From Lophium mytilinum (lineage: Eukaryota), in NCBI GenBank assembly GCA_010093605.1, contig MU004197.1, positions 868,001 through 932,000 of the forward strand: a DNA stretch of 64,000 bases. The letters run 5' to 3'. The position numbers were made by a program, and so were the translations under genes. Below the pieces are notes generated by a model. That model was not told where the DNA came from. It searched no databases and saw only the letters and a list, made by a program, of their open reading frames with translations. This document shows, piece by piece, positions 10,957 through 23,499 of this stretch; positions within the stretch are counted from its first letter, which is position 1; each line of letters starts with the position of its first letter.

Positions 10957-12791
10957 GGAGGGGATTGATATCGTTAGGAAAAAGCGCTGGGCAACATGTA
11001 TATAGCCGCCCCAAACACGGATGGGGATATCCCGGATGTTGCGTGTCTCCCAATTGCTCCCATTTCTTCTTTCTGTCGAGGTGTTGGCGCGGAGCGCGAT
11101 CTTGGTGATTAATAGCGCGTTAGAGTTGGATAGGGTGGATAAGACGATTTTGGGGTTGTCGGATCCGGAGAGTGCAGGGATTGTCGCGTTTAGGTATTAG
11201 TTTTGGGGTGGGTTTGACGTTGTCTGAGGTGGCCCAGAGAGCTTTGGGGCTTGCCAAAACTGACGTTTTCCGGATTTTGAATAGCTACGGGGGCACTTCA
11301 GACGGTGGCAAGCAAGGGGAAACTCCTGGCTTCCGCTTCTCCAGTACACCGCCCTGGCGTATGCTTTGAGTTGACGTGGAAGGTCGATGATATGGGGATT
11401 TCGAAGATCGATGATATTAGTTCGGGGATGCTTATTAATGATTGTGTAGTAGATATAATATCAAGGAGGATGCGCGAGTTGGCATACTTATACCTTTAGA
11501 GAGGGAGCATTGGCCGTAAGTTATTATTTTGTATAAGTCTTCAGTAGAGCCATGAAAAACCTGTGACTTCGATTAATGGGCCCAAGAGTTGTCCATAAGT
11601 GCAGTTAAAGACTCAGATGTTTCAGAGACTAGAAATGACATTGCCGGCCTGTACATTCAATGAATAGTGCGACGTAGTAGGACTAACATTATAATTGTAT
11701 AAGCAACTAAAGGTGAACATAACTATTCGGCGATACCTAGGCTTAGGAGAATGCGATCTAATTAGGCAGCATCTAGGGAAATAAGGATGAAGTGAGGATA
11801 GGCACAGTACTAGGCCATAAGTCTAGGTACATGAACTCACTTCTACTTAGCTCAGTTTGCCCAGTCGACACCACTATTAGGGGTACCCTGGCTGCTGAGC
11901 AGCAAATTAGTCAAGAGGTAGTCCAACTTGCACCTCTGGAACCTCGACATCACCTTTAGATGTTCGAATCCTGTAGGGGGGCCCCAAGCAGTATCAATCC
12001 AGTGTGCCCAAACTTGTGGCATGTCACTGTATCCCTATCTAGGCCCCCATGCAGATCCCTGGAAGCCGAACGCACTCAACATAAAGCTCTGCATATCAAG
12101 GGTGATTCTTTACACTATCCTGACGAGGTTGCTCGCTATTCCGAGATTTGCTCAACGGTTGAGTCATAGCGTTATTGTCGAACCCTCGTTGTCGGCTTCA
12201 AAACGTGTCCTAATACTATTATTTAAGTTACGATTTTGCTTATGAGGTCCAGCAGAGTACGCTTCTTGACGCGTGCTATGGTTAGTGTATCTCGTAAATG
12301 TTGCATGACGATAGGCTTCATAACCCTGCAAAAGCTATTTCGGCCAATGGAATCTCCCTCATGAGCTTCCAGTGCCGGAACATACCCATACAGTCCTCTG
12401 CATGCTAACCACAGCATGCGTCGCCAGGCTGTAGATTCTAGCTATGGTGGAAGCGTTCGGAGAGAGAGTTTGGATACATCGGCCCGAGTTAGCTGGCTAT
12501 GGAGGTTACTGTTTCATGTTGAAGTCTTCGAAAGGGGCTGAGAGAAATGGAGAACGACGAGACTTTCATAACGTTCACCCTGAGGTAGAATAACGCCAAG
12601 ACCGAAGATGTTCCGGCGCCAGGATGAAGCTCCGATGAAGCTCAGGCATCTGCTTCAGCACATGCAACGGCGAGGTTTCCACCACTATAATGAGCACCCC
12701 GCGAAAATCTTTTACTCACTGGAGGTGTCAGATGATAACTGGATCATGATAGACGCGCCAGAGCCGCCAGAACTCACACGATCTGCCCAGT

Positions 12792-15700
12792 ATGGCCTTC
12801 GACACTGGAGGCTATGTTGCTCCAAGCACGAGCAATCTCCAGGACTTTGATGCCGCCCTCCCCATGTTCAACATTGAGAGAGTGTCTCTCCAGTTTGCGA
12901 TATCATCCGATTTCGTAGCCGCTGAGGTTGCTAATAACGTGCTGATCCTCGCGCTTTCGACGGGTCGCATTCTACGAATCGACCTTGATAGCCCCGCCGA
13001 CATTGATGGTTCGTTAGATCACTTTAGAGAAGATGTAAGGGTATACTGATCAGGTGCAGACATCGATCTACCAAAAAAGCCTGGCGAGATTGGCGTAATC
13101 CGACGACTATTCCTCGACCCCTCTGCATCCCACCTCATTATAACGACTACGCTCGGCGAGAACTATTACCTCCACACGCAAGCACGGACACCGAAAGCGC
13201 TTTCGAGATTGAAAGGAGTCGTGATAGAGAGTGTAGCATGGAACCCTTCCCAACCGACTGCATCAACAAGAGAGATACTGATTGGAGCATCGGATGGGAA
13301 CATCTACGAAGTATACATCGAGCCGTCTTCAGAGTTCTATAGGCGGGAAGAGCGGTATCTGAAGGGAGTATACAAAGCTCCTGACGGGCCCATCACAGGC
13401 ATTTGGGCAGACTTGATACCGGGACGGGCGGACCTACGACGGGTAGTGGTCGCAACACCTACGAAGCTACTACATTTTGCGGGCAAGATTGGACGACATG
13501 GGACTGAGGGTAGTGGCTCGATTTTCTCGAAGCTGTTCGAGAGTGAATCACCTAATGTCCATGATGTCTCAGGGCCGCAGTCTCCCTCTCCCTCGTGTCT
13601 GGCAGTCTCTCCGGAGCTCGAGGAAGCGCCATCACTCGACCCGGTAGGGTCCGAAAGGATATTCGCGTGGTTAATGTCACAAGGCGTCATGCATGGCAGA
13701 CTTCTGACCTCGACGGACACATCCGAGCTGGGTAGCAAGCTTTTCTCCGAGACGAGAATGCTCCCTAGATCGCAGATTCCCCCATCCCAGACTGCTGGGG
13801 GCCGACCACGCAAAAGTCAGGACCCAGTGACATCCATGATTTTATCTCAGTGGCACATTTTGCAGCTTGTCGAAGGCCGAGTTGTTGCTACCAACAGGTT
13901 GGACGACACAGTAGTGTTCGACCAAGCTATCCTCGAGGCTGGGCAGACCGCGCTTGGCTTGGTAGCTGACTTGAAAAAGAACACGTACTGGCTATTCACT
14001 ACCCAGGAGATATTCGAAATTGTAGTCACGGACGAGAACAGGGATGTCTGGAAGATCATGCTCAAATCTCAACAGTTTGAAGCTGCCTCTCAATTTGCCC
14101 GAACATCAGCACAAAAAGATGCAGTTGCCACCGCCTCTGGAGACTACCTCGTTGGCAAAGGGCAATTCCTTGAAGCTGCGGCAGTTTACGGACGTAGCAC
14201 GAAGCCCTTCGAGCAGGTTGCTTTGACATTCGTTGACGCCGGCGAATCAGATGCGCTCAGAAAGTACCTTTCTACCAAGTTATTGACGGTGAAGAAGTCG
14301 GCTGTGATGCAGCGGGTGATGCTGGCTACATGGCTTGTCGAACTTTACATGGCGAAGCTAAACACACTAGATGATACAATTACGACAAAAGCTGAGCTCT
14401 CAGAAAGCATGAATGCCGCGGAGAGTCAAGACCAGTTATCTACGACTCGGCGAGAATACGAGGACTTTGCATCCAAATACAAGGCCGACCTTGACAGGAA
14501 AACAGTCTACGAGGTGATTAGTAGCCACGGGCGAGAGGAAGAGCTTCTCTACTTTGCCACCGTTGTCAACGATTACAATTATGTTCTCGCATACTGGGTT
14601 CAACGAGAACGATGGCAGGAATCCTTAAACGTATTAAAGAAGCAGACTGACCCAGAAATCTTCTACAAATACAGTAGTGTATTGATGGCAAATGTACCGC
14701 TGGACCTCGTAGAAATCATGATGAGGCAGACCAATCTGGATGCTCGCAAATTAATACCCGCGCTTCTCAATTACAACAAGATTACAAACGTTTCTCTTGC
14801 ACAGGTTGGTCTATCCGTCATACCGTGCTTTCAACCTACTAACTTAGCTACTCAGAATCAAGCCGTACGCTACCTGCTCTTTGAAATCAATCAGCACCAA
14901 TCTACGGATGCTGCTGTCCACAACACCTTAATATCCATTTACGCGTCTCATCCCACTACCGATGAATCCGCCTTGCTTTCTTACCTTGAGTCTCAATCCT
15001 ATGCAAATGAGCAGGACTATGACGCGGATTTTGCACTCCGTCTTTGTATTCAACACAAGCGGGTACAGAGCTGCGTCCACATCTACAGCTCCATGCAACA
15101 ATACGTTCAAGCGGTCGACCTAGCTCTCAAGTACGACGAAGTTGACCTTGCAAGCAACGTTGCAGACCGCTCCGACACAGACCCGGCTCTTCGGAAAAAG
15201 CTATGGCTCGCAGTCGCAAAGAAAGTCATCTCCCAAAGCTCCGGAATCAAGACTGCCATAGATTTTCTGAAGCGATGTGACTTGCTCCGGATCGAAGACT
15301 TGATCCCGTTCTTCCCTGATTTTGTCGTCATTGATGACTTCAAAGAGGAGATCTGTGCGGCTTTGGAAGAGTATTCGCGACAAATTGACGAATTGCGGAA
15401 GGAGATGGATGAAAGCGAGGAAACAGCCGCGCATATAAAAACTGATATCAAGGCCTTGGAACAGCGATACGCGATTGTGGAACCAGGCGAGAGGTGCTAT
15501 GTCTGCTCACTGCCGCTATTAGCTCGCCAGTTCTATGTTTTCCCGTGTCAGCATGCTTTTCATAGCGACTGTCTTGCTAAGAAAGTCGTCGAGCTTGCGG
15601 GAATCACGAAAGGAAGGAGGATTACTGAGCTGCAGGTCGAAGTCAGCAAGGGCGTTAGCGTTGGCTCGAAACGCGAGAAGGCCATCAGAGAGCTGGATGC

Positions 15701-15859
15701 TTTGGTTGGGTCTGCCTGGTACGTGTCCCGTGCATCTGACTCTTAGAACCTCGACTAACTCTGATATGTTTCAGTGTGCTATGTAGTGAAATGGCAGTCA
15801 AGCTCATAGACGAGCCGTTTGTCGCATCCAATGATAATAAGGAGGAGTGGGCCTTGTAA
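12792..15859 (+). CDS. VPS18: HOPS/CORVET subunit Vps18/Pep3 (introns 13009-13059, 14805-14855, 15719-15774)
   Basis: N-terminal propeller (VANNVLILAL, LFLDPSASHLII), helical repeat, LLRIEDLIPFFPDFVVIDDFKEEIC and C-terminal RING-H2 CYVC...FPCQHAFHSDC...CVLC. Confidence 0.96.
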
Positions 15860-16542
15860 GCTCTTGCATACTAGCGGTCTGTATAAAGGGGAGCCTTTTT
15901 AAAAAATAAGAGTGGTTATACTCGCAAGCAAACATGATACCTAAGCATCCCTCTACACAGTGCATCTCTGCTAGCGAGGAAATATTAATCAAAGACGGTA
16001 AAGACATGCGTAGATTAGGCAGCAAGTGAGAGTTTGACCACCCGCCGCGGAGATATCACATTTGGAGCGCAATGTATGACGCGATGCATCATGGGTTCTG
16101 GAAGTGCACCTCCCTTGGTCTTCTCATGGTATGACATTATGCAGTCCGCCCTACACATAGCATATACGCTATACGCCCTTCGCGATGCTGACAACTCGTA
16201 CTATGCCAAACTACTGCTTACTGTTCAACGAATCACGGCGCATCGCCTCGCAATTATGCTCTAGCCTAGGCCTAGCTCCGCGGCTGAAGAGAAGTTGGGT
16301 AATATCATGCGGAGTCTGGATTCATAGCACAGATGTCGTGAGAGGCTTTGCAAATTGGTCTGAATGCCACTTTAACGACAAGTCATCATTCCGAGCCGAG
16401 AGAATTGCGAAACGCTGGTGTTCTATAGTAGGTGATCAAGTATAAAGCAAAGGAACCCTAAGGTTTTACTGAATAACTCCGCTGCTCAAATACCGACAGC
16501 CCTTCACACTTTCCAGGAAAAGAATCACCGCCAATTTCCATC

Positions 16543-17301
16543 ATGTCTTCCCAAGAGCAAAGAACAGTCCTTGTCATCGGCTCAGGACCTGGCATAGGAA
16601 ACCACGTCGGCGCTACCTTCGCCGCTCAAGGCTTCAACCGAGTCATCCTCTTAGCACGCAACGCAGAGCGCATAAAGAAAGACAAGAAGGATGTCGAGTC
16701 CAAATCCGGCCGTTCTGGCATCTCCGTCGAGACCATCCAGGCGGATATATCAAACAAAGCCGCGCTTAAGGATGCTCTGAATCAAGTCGAGAAAGTCGGT
16801 GGGAACATTGAATGCGTCTTCTTCAATGCAGCGAGGATATTGCCGGCGGAGATCCTGTCTGAGCCAGTTGATACAATCGAGGAGGATGTGAATGTAAGCC
16901 TCTGCTCTCCAGGAATATTTGCACCGCTAGTTACACGTATTGACACGCCATAGACAACGATCATCGCCTTGTACCAGGTCGCACAATGGGCTATCCCACG
17001 TCTGGAAGCTCTTGCAGCATCTTCGTCGTCTGTGAAGCCGAGCTTGCTTGTCACGAATAGCTTTCTTGCTGCTGATCCTCTTCCTTTCTTATTCTCGCTG
17101 TCGTTGGTGAAAGCGGCACAGCGGAATTTGGTCATCAGTCTGGCGAAGACTTTCGAGTCGAAGGGGATTCGTGTGGGACTGGTAACTGTGGGAGGTGCGG
17201 TGGCGCCGGAGAACAAGCATTTGAATCCGACGTATATTGCGGAGAAGATTTGGGGATTCTTCGATCAGGGGAAGGGGTTGGAGGTTGAGATTGTGGAGTA
17301 G
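16543..17301 (+). CDS. Short-chain dehydrogenase/reductase, atypical active site (intron 16894-16953)
   Basis: Rossmann motif VIGSGPGIG and FFNAA; LSLVK occupies the position of YxxxK. Confidence 0.88.
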
Positions 17302-18151
17302 ATATGGAGTAGCATAGATATACTCTAGATGAGAAGAATAAAGAATACATTTTTCAAGAGTCTTGACTATGATGAGTGAAGGAGTAGCTAATAACACGGT
17401 AGAAAAGCGTCAGCTCTGCCCGAGAAGAAATGTATGACCTAGGACCCGTCGGGTATCCCAGTCAGCACCCCTTCGTGTTGAAGACGTCCGGAGGCCTCCA
17501 CGGTTCCAAGGCTCGCAGTGGACGGCCCCGGAATCCTAACCACTAGGTGTTATGAAAACTGTCCAGATAGCTCCACTCCCTCTTGCGCCGAATTTTAAGA
17601 TAACATGTCAAATCTTCTTGCCGGAAACCGAACGAAGAAGTAGAATAGTTTTTCTAGTCACGGAGAGTCTGGGCGTAAATCTGTGGCTTCGTCAAGATAT
17701 AACGTCGTAGGAAAAGATGTCACTTTCACCAATGAACCTAAAGGTGAGAGAGCCACGCCGAAGCAGATGATGCTTTGCTTCGTACAAGTGGTGTTCACGT
17801 CGGCGGTTGAGGGTGCCGGTGAGGCGTACAAAGAGGCGCATGCAGGAGCTTGGATCAACTTCGTCATGTGAAAAGACCCTCGAAGCTACCAGCCGCTAAG
17901 ACCCTCCAACGACGACGAGATCGTGCATCTCGAGACAGCACAAACAGATCAAGAGATGCCGTATCATCCGCGCTCTATATAACACCACATTCGCACATGC
18001 CGCCGCCACGATTCCTCCATACCCTTCCCTCCGCAATAGAAGCTCCTCTACAGTATCGCCAGCCGGGGAGACCTCCGGCCGCCTGGAATTTCCATCGCGG
18101 GAACTGTACATTACAAATATATATAAGAAGTGGAAAAGACGCGAGTAGGAT

Positions 18152-20368
18152 ATGATTATACCCACACCCAGCAGCGGCTATGCAGGAGTCAGCGGCACCA
18201 CCACCTTCGGAGCCTTCAGCCACTATGCCTCCGCGACTATTACCGCGTCCCATACCTCCTCAGCGCCCTCTCCATCCTCGACAAGCATAATACCGGGCAT
18301 CGGCCGTGAAAACTGGTCGAGTTTGATTGGAATCTTGACCGCGATTGTCGGCAATATCCTCATTTCGTTCGCGTTAAACTTGCAGCGTTATGCGCATATA
18401 CGGTTGGATCGGGAACTGGAAGAGAAGGAGCGGCACAGGAAACAGGCGCGGAGAACTGCAACTGGGGAGATAGCGCAGAAGAGGAGGGTGGGGTTTGAGA
18501 GCAGTGAGGACGTACTAGGGCCGCATATCATACGAAATGGGCAGCAAGCCGATGGTGCCGCGGAAACAGAACCTCTTCTTGCACGGCCGAGGACCGCTGG
18601 ACGGAACTCGAGCGAGACGGCGGGTTCTCGATATGGCGAGGCCGCGCTGAAGGAAAGTTACCTGCGTTCGCCGTACTGGTGGACAGGCATCATCATGATG
18701 ACGATTGGCGAGGCAGGAAACTTCCTAGCATACGGATTTGCTCCTGCGTCAATTGTATCTCCGCTTGGTGTGGTGGCGCTGATCGTGAACTGCATCATTG
18801 CCCCTTTCATGCTAAAGGAGCACTTCCGAAAACGGGACGCATTTGGCGTAGTTGTGGCTGTTGCTGGCGCTGTGGTCGTAGTGCTGAGCGCCAGCGACAA
18901 TAACCCCAAGCTAGGACCTGACGAGATCTGGGACTCAATAAAGAGATGGGAGTTTGAAGCCTACTTGGCTATTACGGCGGTTGTGATTCTGGTGTTGATG
19001 GCAGCGAGCAAAGAGTATGGGCCGCGGAGTATCCTGATTGATTTAGGGCTAGTGGGGCTGTTCGGTATGTTTAGTTCTATGTTTGTACCATCAAACTCTT
19101 CCACGGTTCATGAACTATCAAGCAAAGGGATAGAGCTGATTTTACATCCAGGAGGCTATACAGCCCTCTCGACAAAAGGCGTCGCCTCACTTCTCTCATA
19201 TACTCTCTGGCGCGCTCTCACATTCCCCGTTTTCTACCTTCTAATCGCTGTCTTAATATTCACTGCCATCATGCAGATTAAGTATGTGAACCGGGCTTTG
19301 CAACGATTCGACTCTACTCAAGTCATTCCAACCCAATTTGTTCTCTTCACCTTATCCGTCATCCTTGGCTCGGCAATTTTGTACCGCGACTTCGAGCGGA
19401 CTACGGGCGATGATGCTGGGAAGTTTGTCGGAGGATGCCTGTTGACCTTCTTCGGTGTATGGCTCATTACCAGTGGCCGACCTAAGTACTCCGATGACGA
19501 TGACGAGGACCGCGAGCCAGAGCCCGAAGACGCTATCAATCTAGTGAACGGTGAGCATTACCATGACTCTGTGGATGTCGAGGTGGGTAGCAGCACCCGC
19601 CGTTCCTCAACTATCCGAGCATCATCTCCACCTATCAGGATCCCCGATCGGGCTCATAGCCCTTCGCCACCACAAACGCCAATCATCACCTTCACACCAC
19701 ACGATGGCACTACGCCCACACTACCAGCATTTATTCCAGACGCGCCCTCTCCGCTTATCCAGAATCCGTGGGAAGCAGCCCTGGCGGCCTCGCCCTCGCC
19801 GGTCCCATCTCTCCGCCCTGTTCCAAGCCCCCTTATCACCACATATTCCACCCCCGTGCTCCCGTCCGAGCACCAAACCTCTTCTCTATCTCCTTCTCGT
19901 CCTCAAACACCGCGTGTCCCTTCAGAAAGCGCACTTCTACCCGGAGTCTCTCCCGCGACACCAGCTACTGCAGGCCCACGACTACGGCGAGCGGGTACCA
20001 TAGAGCGGCTTGCTTCACGCAACTCGATCGCTGGACCGCTACTCGCCAGCCCGCTCAGTTCGAGTCTGAGCGCGGTGGTGGCAGAGCTTCGGCGTGGGAG
20101 CTTGAGGGGACCTCGGGAAAGTGGAGAGTCGGGCGCCGCTAGCCGGCGGCGAGGGAGTCAGGTGTTTGATACAGATGGTAATGGGGATGGAGGGGCATTG
20201 GAGAGGGCGAGGACTAGTGGGGAGCCTGAGACACGCACTGGAAGTAGAGCGGGTCGAGGGCGGAGTTTTAGCGGGACACTGAACGAGTTATTGAGGGGAT
20301 TCCGGGGAAGTAAGAATAACAGCATGGATAGTGTGGATGCTGAGGAGCGGGAGGACGGGGGGCGGTAA
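18152..20368 (+). CDS. NIPA/DUF803 magnesium transporter (in-frame 87-nt intron 19065-19151)
   Basis: YLRSPYWWTGIIMMTIGEAGNFLAYGFAPASIVSPLG and QIKYVNRALQRFDSTQVIPTQFVLFT; several TM helices; long Ser/Pro-rich tail. Confidence 0.92.
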   Translation: MIIPTPSSGYAGVSGTTTFGAFSHYASATITASHTSSAPSPSSTSIIPGIGRENWSSLIGILTAIVGNILISFALNLQRYAHIRLDRELEEKERHRKQARRTATGEIAQKRRVGFESSEDVLGPHIIRNGQQADGAAETEPLLARPRTAGRNSSETAGSRYGEAALKESYLRSPYWWTGIIMMTIGEAGNFLAYGFAPASIVSPLGVVALIVNCIIAPFMLKEHFRKRDAFGVVVAVAGAVVVVLSASDNNPKLGPDEIWDSIKRWEFEAYLAITAVVILVLMAASKEYGPRSILIDLGLVGLFGMFSSMFVPSNSSTVHELSSKGIELILHPGGYTALSTKGVASLLSYTLWRALTFPVFYLLIAVLIFTAIMQIKYVNRALQRFDSTQVIPTQFVLFTLSVILGSAILYRDFERTTGDDAGKFVGGCLLTFFGVWLITSGRPKYSDDDDEDREPEPEDAINLVNGEHYHDSVDVEVGSSTRRSSTIRASSPPIRIPDRAHSPSPPQTPIITFTPHDGTTPTLPAFIPDAPSPLIQNPWEAALAASPSPVPSLRPVPSPLITTYSTPVLPSEHQTSSLSPSRPQTPRVPSESALLPGVSPATPATAGPRLRRAGTIERLASRNSIAGPLLASPLSSSLSAVVAELRRGSLRGPRESGESGAASRRRGSQVFDTDGNGDGGALERARTSGEPETRTGSRAGRGRSFSGTLNELLRGFRGSKNNSMDSVDAEEREDGGR

Positions 20369-21707
20369 TAGTAGATGGATGGGAGGTAGAGTTTTTGAAT
20401 TCTAGGCGCTATAGCGTTTGTTGATACCGCGCGCTTTTGGGTTGCATAGTTTGGCGTCCCTCGTTCTGATATCATATATAATTCATCTTTGTTGGGACTA
20501 GCTTGCCTCTCTCCGGGCCTGGTAGCCTGGCATGGGAGCTATATTTTAGGTACTTCACGCTTATGTGCAAGAAGCAGACCTGGTTAGTCGATACCTCCAA
20601 AGGTTACTATTGGGTACTCCCTCTATGCATATATAAAAACTACAACTCATAGATTTTCTAGCCTAGACTCTGTTCCGAGAGCACTTCTGTTGCGGTAGTC
20701 AGTTGCTGGTACTGCGGAGTAGCGTCATTTGAGGTTGTACTGTGTAAGGTCCGATGTTCGGTACACGTGATTCATTCTAGATGTCCTTGCTCTGCCTCTG
20801 GAGACCTGATATGACACTATTTTTAGAAACATAGATGTTCTTTGTCCCTTCTAGACACCAGAAAGCCTCTCAAGCAAGTTCGGTCATCTCCATGATAATG
20901 GATGTTGATAGTTGACTGCAGTGCTGCCTAGAGTTGTGTATCATGTATTTGATGTTTGATTTGGAAGCATTCTGGCGTGATGCCCCTCCGTACCACCACC
21001 CACCCCTGGTACCGGCACAGTGAGCGAAGTCCGTGATGTCGGTGGGGGCCGAAAGGAAAAACCCTAGAACCATCAAACGATGGTAGATTCTATCAAGAAA
21101 AGTTGCAAAAATAAATGAAGACGGCCTCGCTCTAGAAGTCTAGCCACTCTTCATGAGGTTTCAGCTCGTTGTTGTGGTGTTCTGAGGGATAGAAGAATTT
21201 CAACAGCGACACGACAGGCTTCGCCTACTGTGCCGGGGGTATATGTACATACTATGTAAGCATACCTACGTCAGGATGTTCGTGGGTGCGGGGATGTTGT
21301 TGGTGTTTTGACACAGCCAAGCGCGAATCCCTTCCTTCAACGTTCGTGTTCGGAGAACACCGCCACTACCCCTGAGCCTATTCCATGCTCGTTTGCACGC
21401 CTCCCGCTCCATCGGTCAGATTTTAACACCAATCTGTGCTAGGGCTGATACCGCGAGGCCTCTGAGCCCCACGATCGTCCGTCCATCACTGGATAAAACA
21501 GGACGCTTGCACCGCATGGGGGCCAAGTCGCCTTTCCGCGATGCATGAAACCGAGCCAGCAGCGTTCCTGCCATGAGGACGCGACAGCCCTCTGCTTACT
21601 GTCTAGTCTTATACTGTATATACCCGTCGGATCTCCGAGTCTTCTCAGCTCGCGTTGTCCCTCTGCTACCCTAACGTCAACAACACCAGCGGCCACGCTG
21701 CGCCACC

Positions 21708-23499
21708 ATGGAAGACTACCGCCACCTCGAGGACCCGCAAAGCCCACCGCCCAGCTACCATGCGCGATGGGACGAACTTCCTGTGGAGGATGTCAAGAAC
21801 GAAGACATCAAAGAGGCCGAGGCCAATATCTGGGTGCAACGATTCAACTTGGCGCGCCAGCGGACTATGCCAATGGTGGAAAAGGTCCCCCCGTACTTGA
21901 AGAAGGATGTCCTACCCATCTTCAAACGAATGCGCCTCTCGAAAGGGCAATGCTGTGCCTTCTTCCTGCTTGCTGTTTTCGCCGTTCTGCCATGCGTCCT
22001 TATGTTTAGTCTCGATAAAAATGACCCATCCTCACCTGGTGGACCTTTTGGCGACAAGACACTGCTGTGCGGTCAGGCATACTACGGCTACGAAAACAAC
22101 AACTCGACTGTAAGGGGCATTCAGGGTCTTTTTATAGTCGATTCAGCCTACGGAAACATGTCATTCTCACTCGTCAAGTTCATCGACATCCTGTGGGACC
22201 TTTTTGTCGGCCGAGGCGTGCAGCTCCTCGCCTGGTATGTCAGCTACCTTGTCTTCACTGACGCGCTACTCCGGGTGATTGAAAGGCATCCTGCTCCGTT
22301 CCGAACCTTTACCCACCTCACTTTGCAGGGGGCTAGTCTTTCGTCAATTGGAGCGCTCATTCGCGACATGAAGCGGTATCCAAGCCGGCGAACTAAGTGG
22401 CTCTTCGTGTACATTATCCTATCCGCTAGCTACGTGCTATCCCTACCAACTATATTGGGTGCGATGACGGGGTATGTAAGCACGTCGAAAGCTTTCGTCA
22501 CCATGCATGACGACCATGCGAGCCAAATGGTCCCACTAGAAGACTTTACATACGGATATCAGGTCATTGATGGATATAAACTTAGTCAACCGAATGGCTC
22601 CTGTATGGCATATGACCTCTTCAACAATTACGAGGACATGGTCGGGGAGCAGATTCAGCAGTGTATATATTCTCTTAGCTTCAATCCGAGAGCTCTACTA
22701 ACGCTTCGTGAATAGGTGACTGCAAGTTACCTAATGGGACAATCGGTCCGGCAGAGAGCTTTTATTATGGCTACGATCAGTACAATGGGTACACTTACAA
22801 CACCGAATGTACGAGATATCCGCCTATACCCAAATCTAAAACAGCTATTAACGTTGTAATCAGGCACCTTCAACTACACGAACAACACTGAAGAGTTCAC
22901 CTATCCTCACTACTCTGAATACTATAACTCGCAATACGGACACAGCGGCACGAACTACAGCTGTAAGCCTCACCTTTCTGCATACCATGCACCTCTCTAA
23001 TACTAAACAAATAGGCAATTACCTTTATAACATAACTATTGATCACCACGTCTATAAGTTCGACCATCTCAATCTCACTTCCAGCACCTGTTATAACGGC
23101 ACCGCCTACACCGACGAATATGTCTCTCTCAATTCGCAATGCATGCCAGACACCACGGTGAACACGTACCAATGGGGCTTCAGCACCATGCTCTCCGCCG
23201 TCTTCGTAATTATACAACTCGTCTGGGCCTTGTCCATGTACGCCGTGTGGCAGGACGCGCAGTGGAACAGCGTGCTGGTCCGCTCCGGGTACAAGATGAC
23301 GCAGCTGCGCGCCGCGTTCTCGCTCAGCGAGGCGGCGCAGCAGCGTACGGGCATGGAGAATGAGGAGCTCATGCGCATGGAGACGAGGCGGCTGGAGGAC
23401 GACTTGTATGGGAGGAAGACGCTGGTGGATTATGGGATGTGGGAGAGGAAGAAGCTGCCGTTTATGAGAGAGGATGAGGCGTCGAGCTCGAGGTCGTGA
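21708..23499 (+). CDS. Uncharacterised fungal multi-pass membrane glycoprotein (exons 21708-22662, 22716-22808, 22864-22962, 23015-23499)
   Basis: Three canonical phase-1 introns give one continuous frame; TM segments, KFIDILWDLFVGRGVQ, AMTGY and C-terminal YQWGFSTMLS; many N-x-S/T sites. Confidence 0.85.

Noticed and set aside
10379..11053. Long antisense or alternative-frame ORFs (e.g. 10379-11053, 22897-23532, 27821-28468, 35985-36653, 60095-60712)
   Set aside because: They shadow well-supported GC3-rich genes and show no recognisable motifs.
11400..11900. AT- and TpA-rich intergenic stretch, possible RIP-degraded transposon
   Set aside because: No terminal repeats, target-site duplication or transposase/RT remnants are visible; RIP indices could not be computed.
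11848..11985. tRNA-like boxes TAGCTCAGTTTG and GTTCGAATCC
   Set aside because: The T-stem flanks (AGAT/CTGT) do not pair and no acceptor or anticodon stem can be built.
17525..17548. Minus-strand CTAGTGGTTAGGATTC resembling a tRNA-Glu D-arm
   Set aside because: No B-box/T-loop or cloverleaf follows; kept only as part of the unexplained structured segment.
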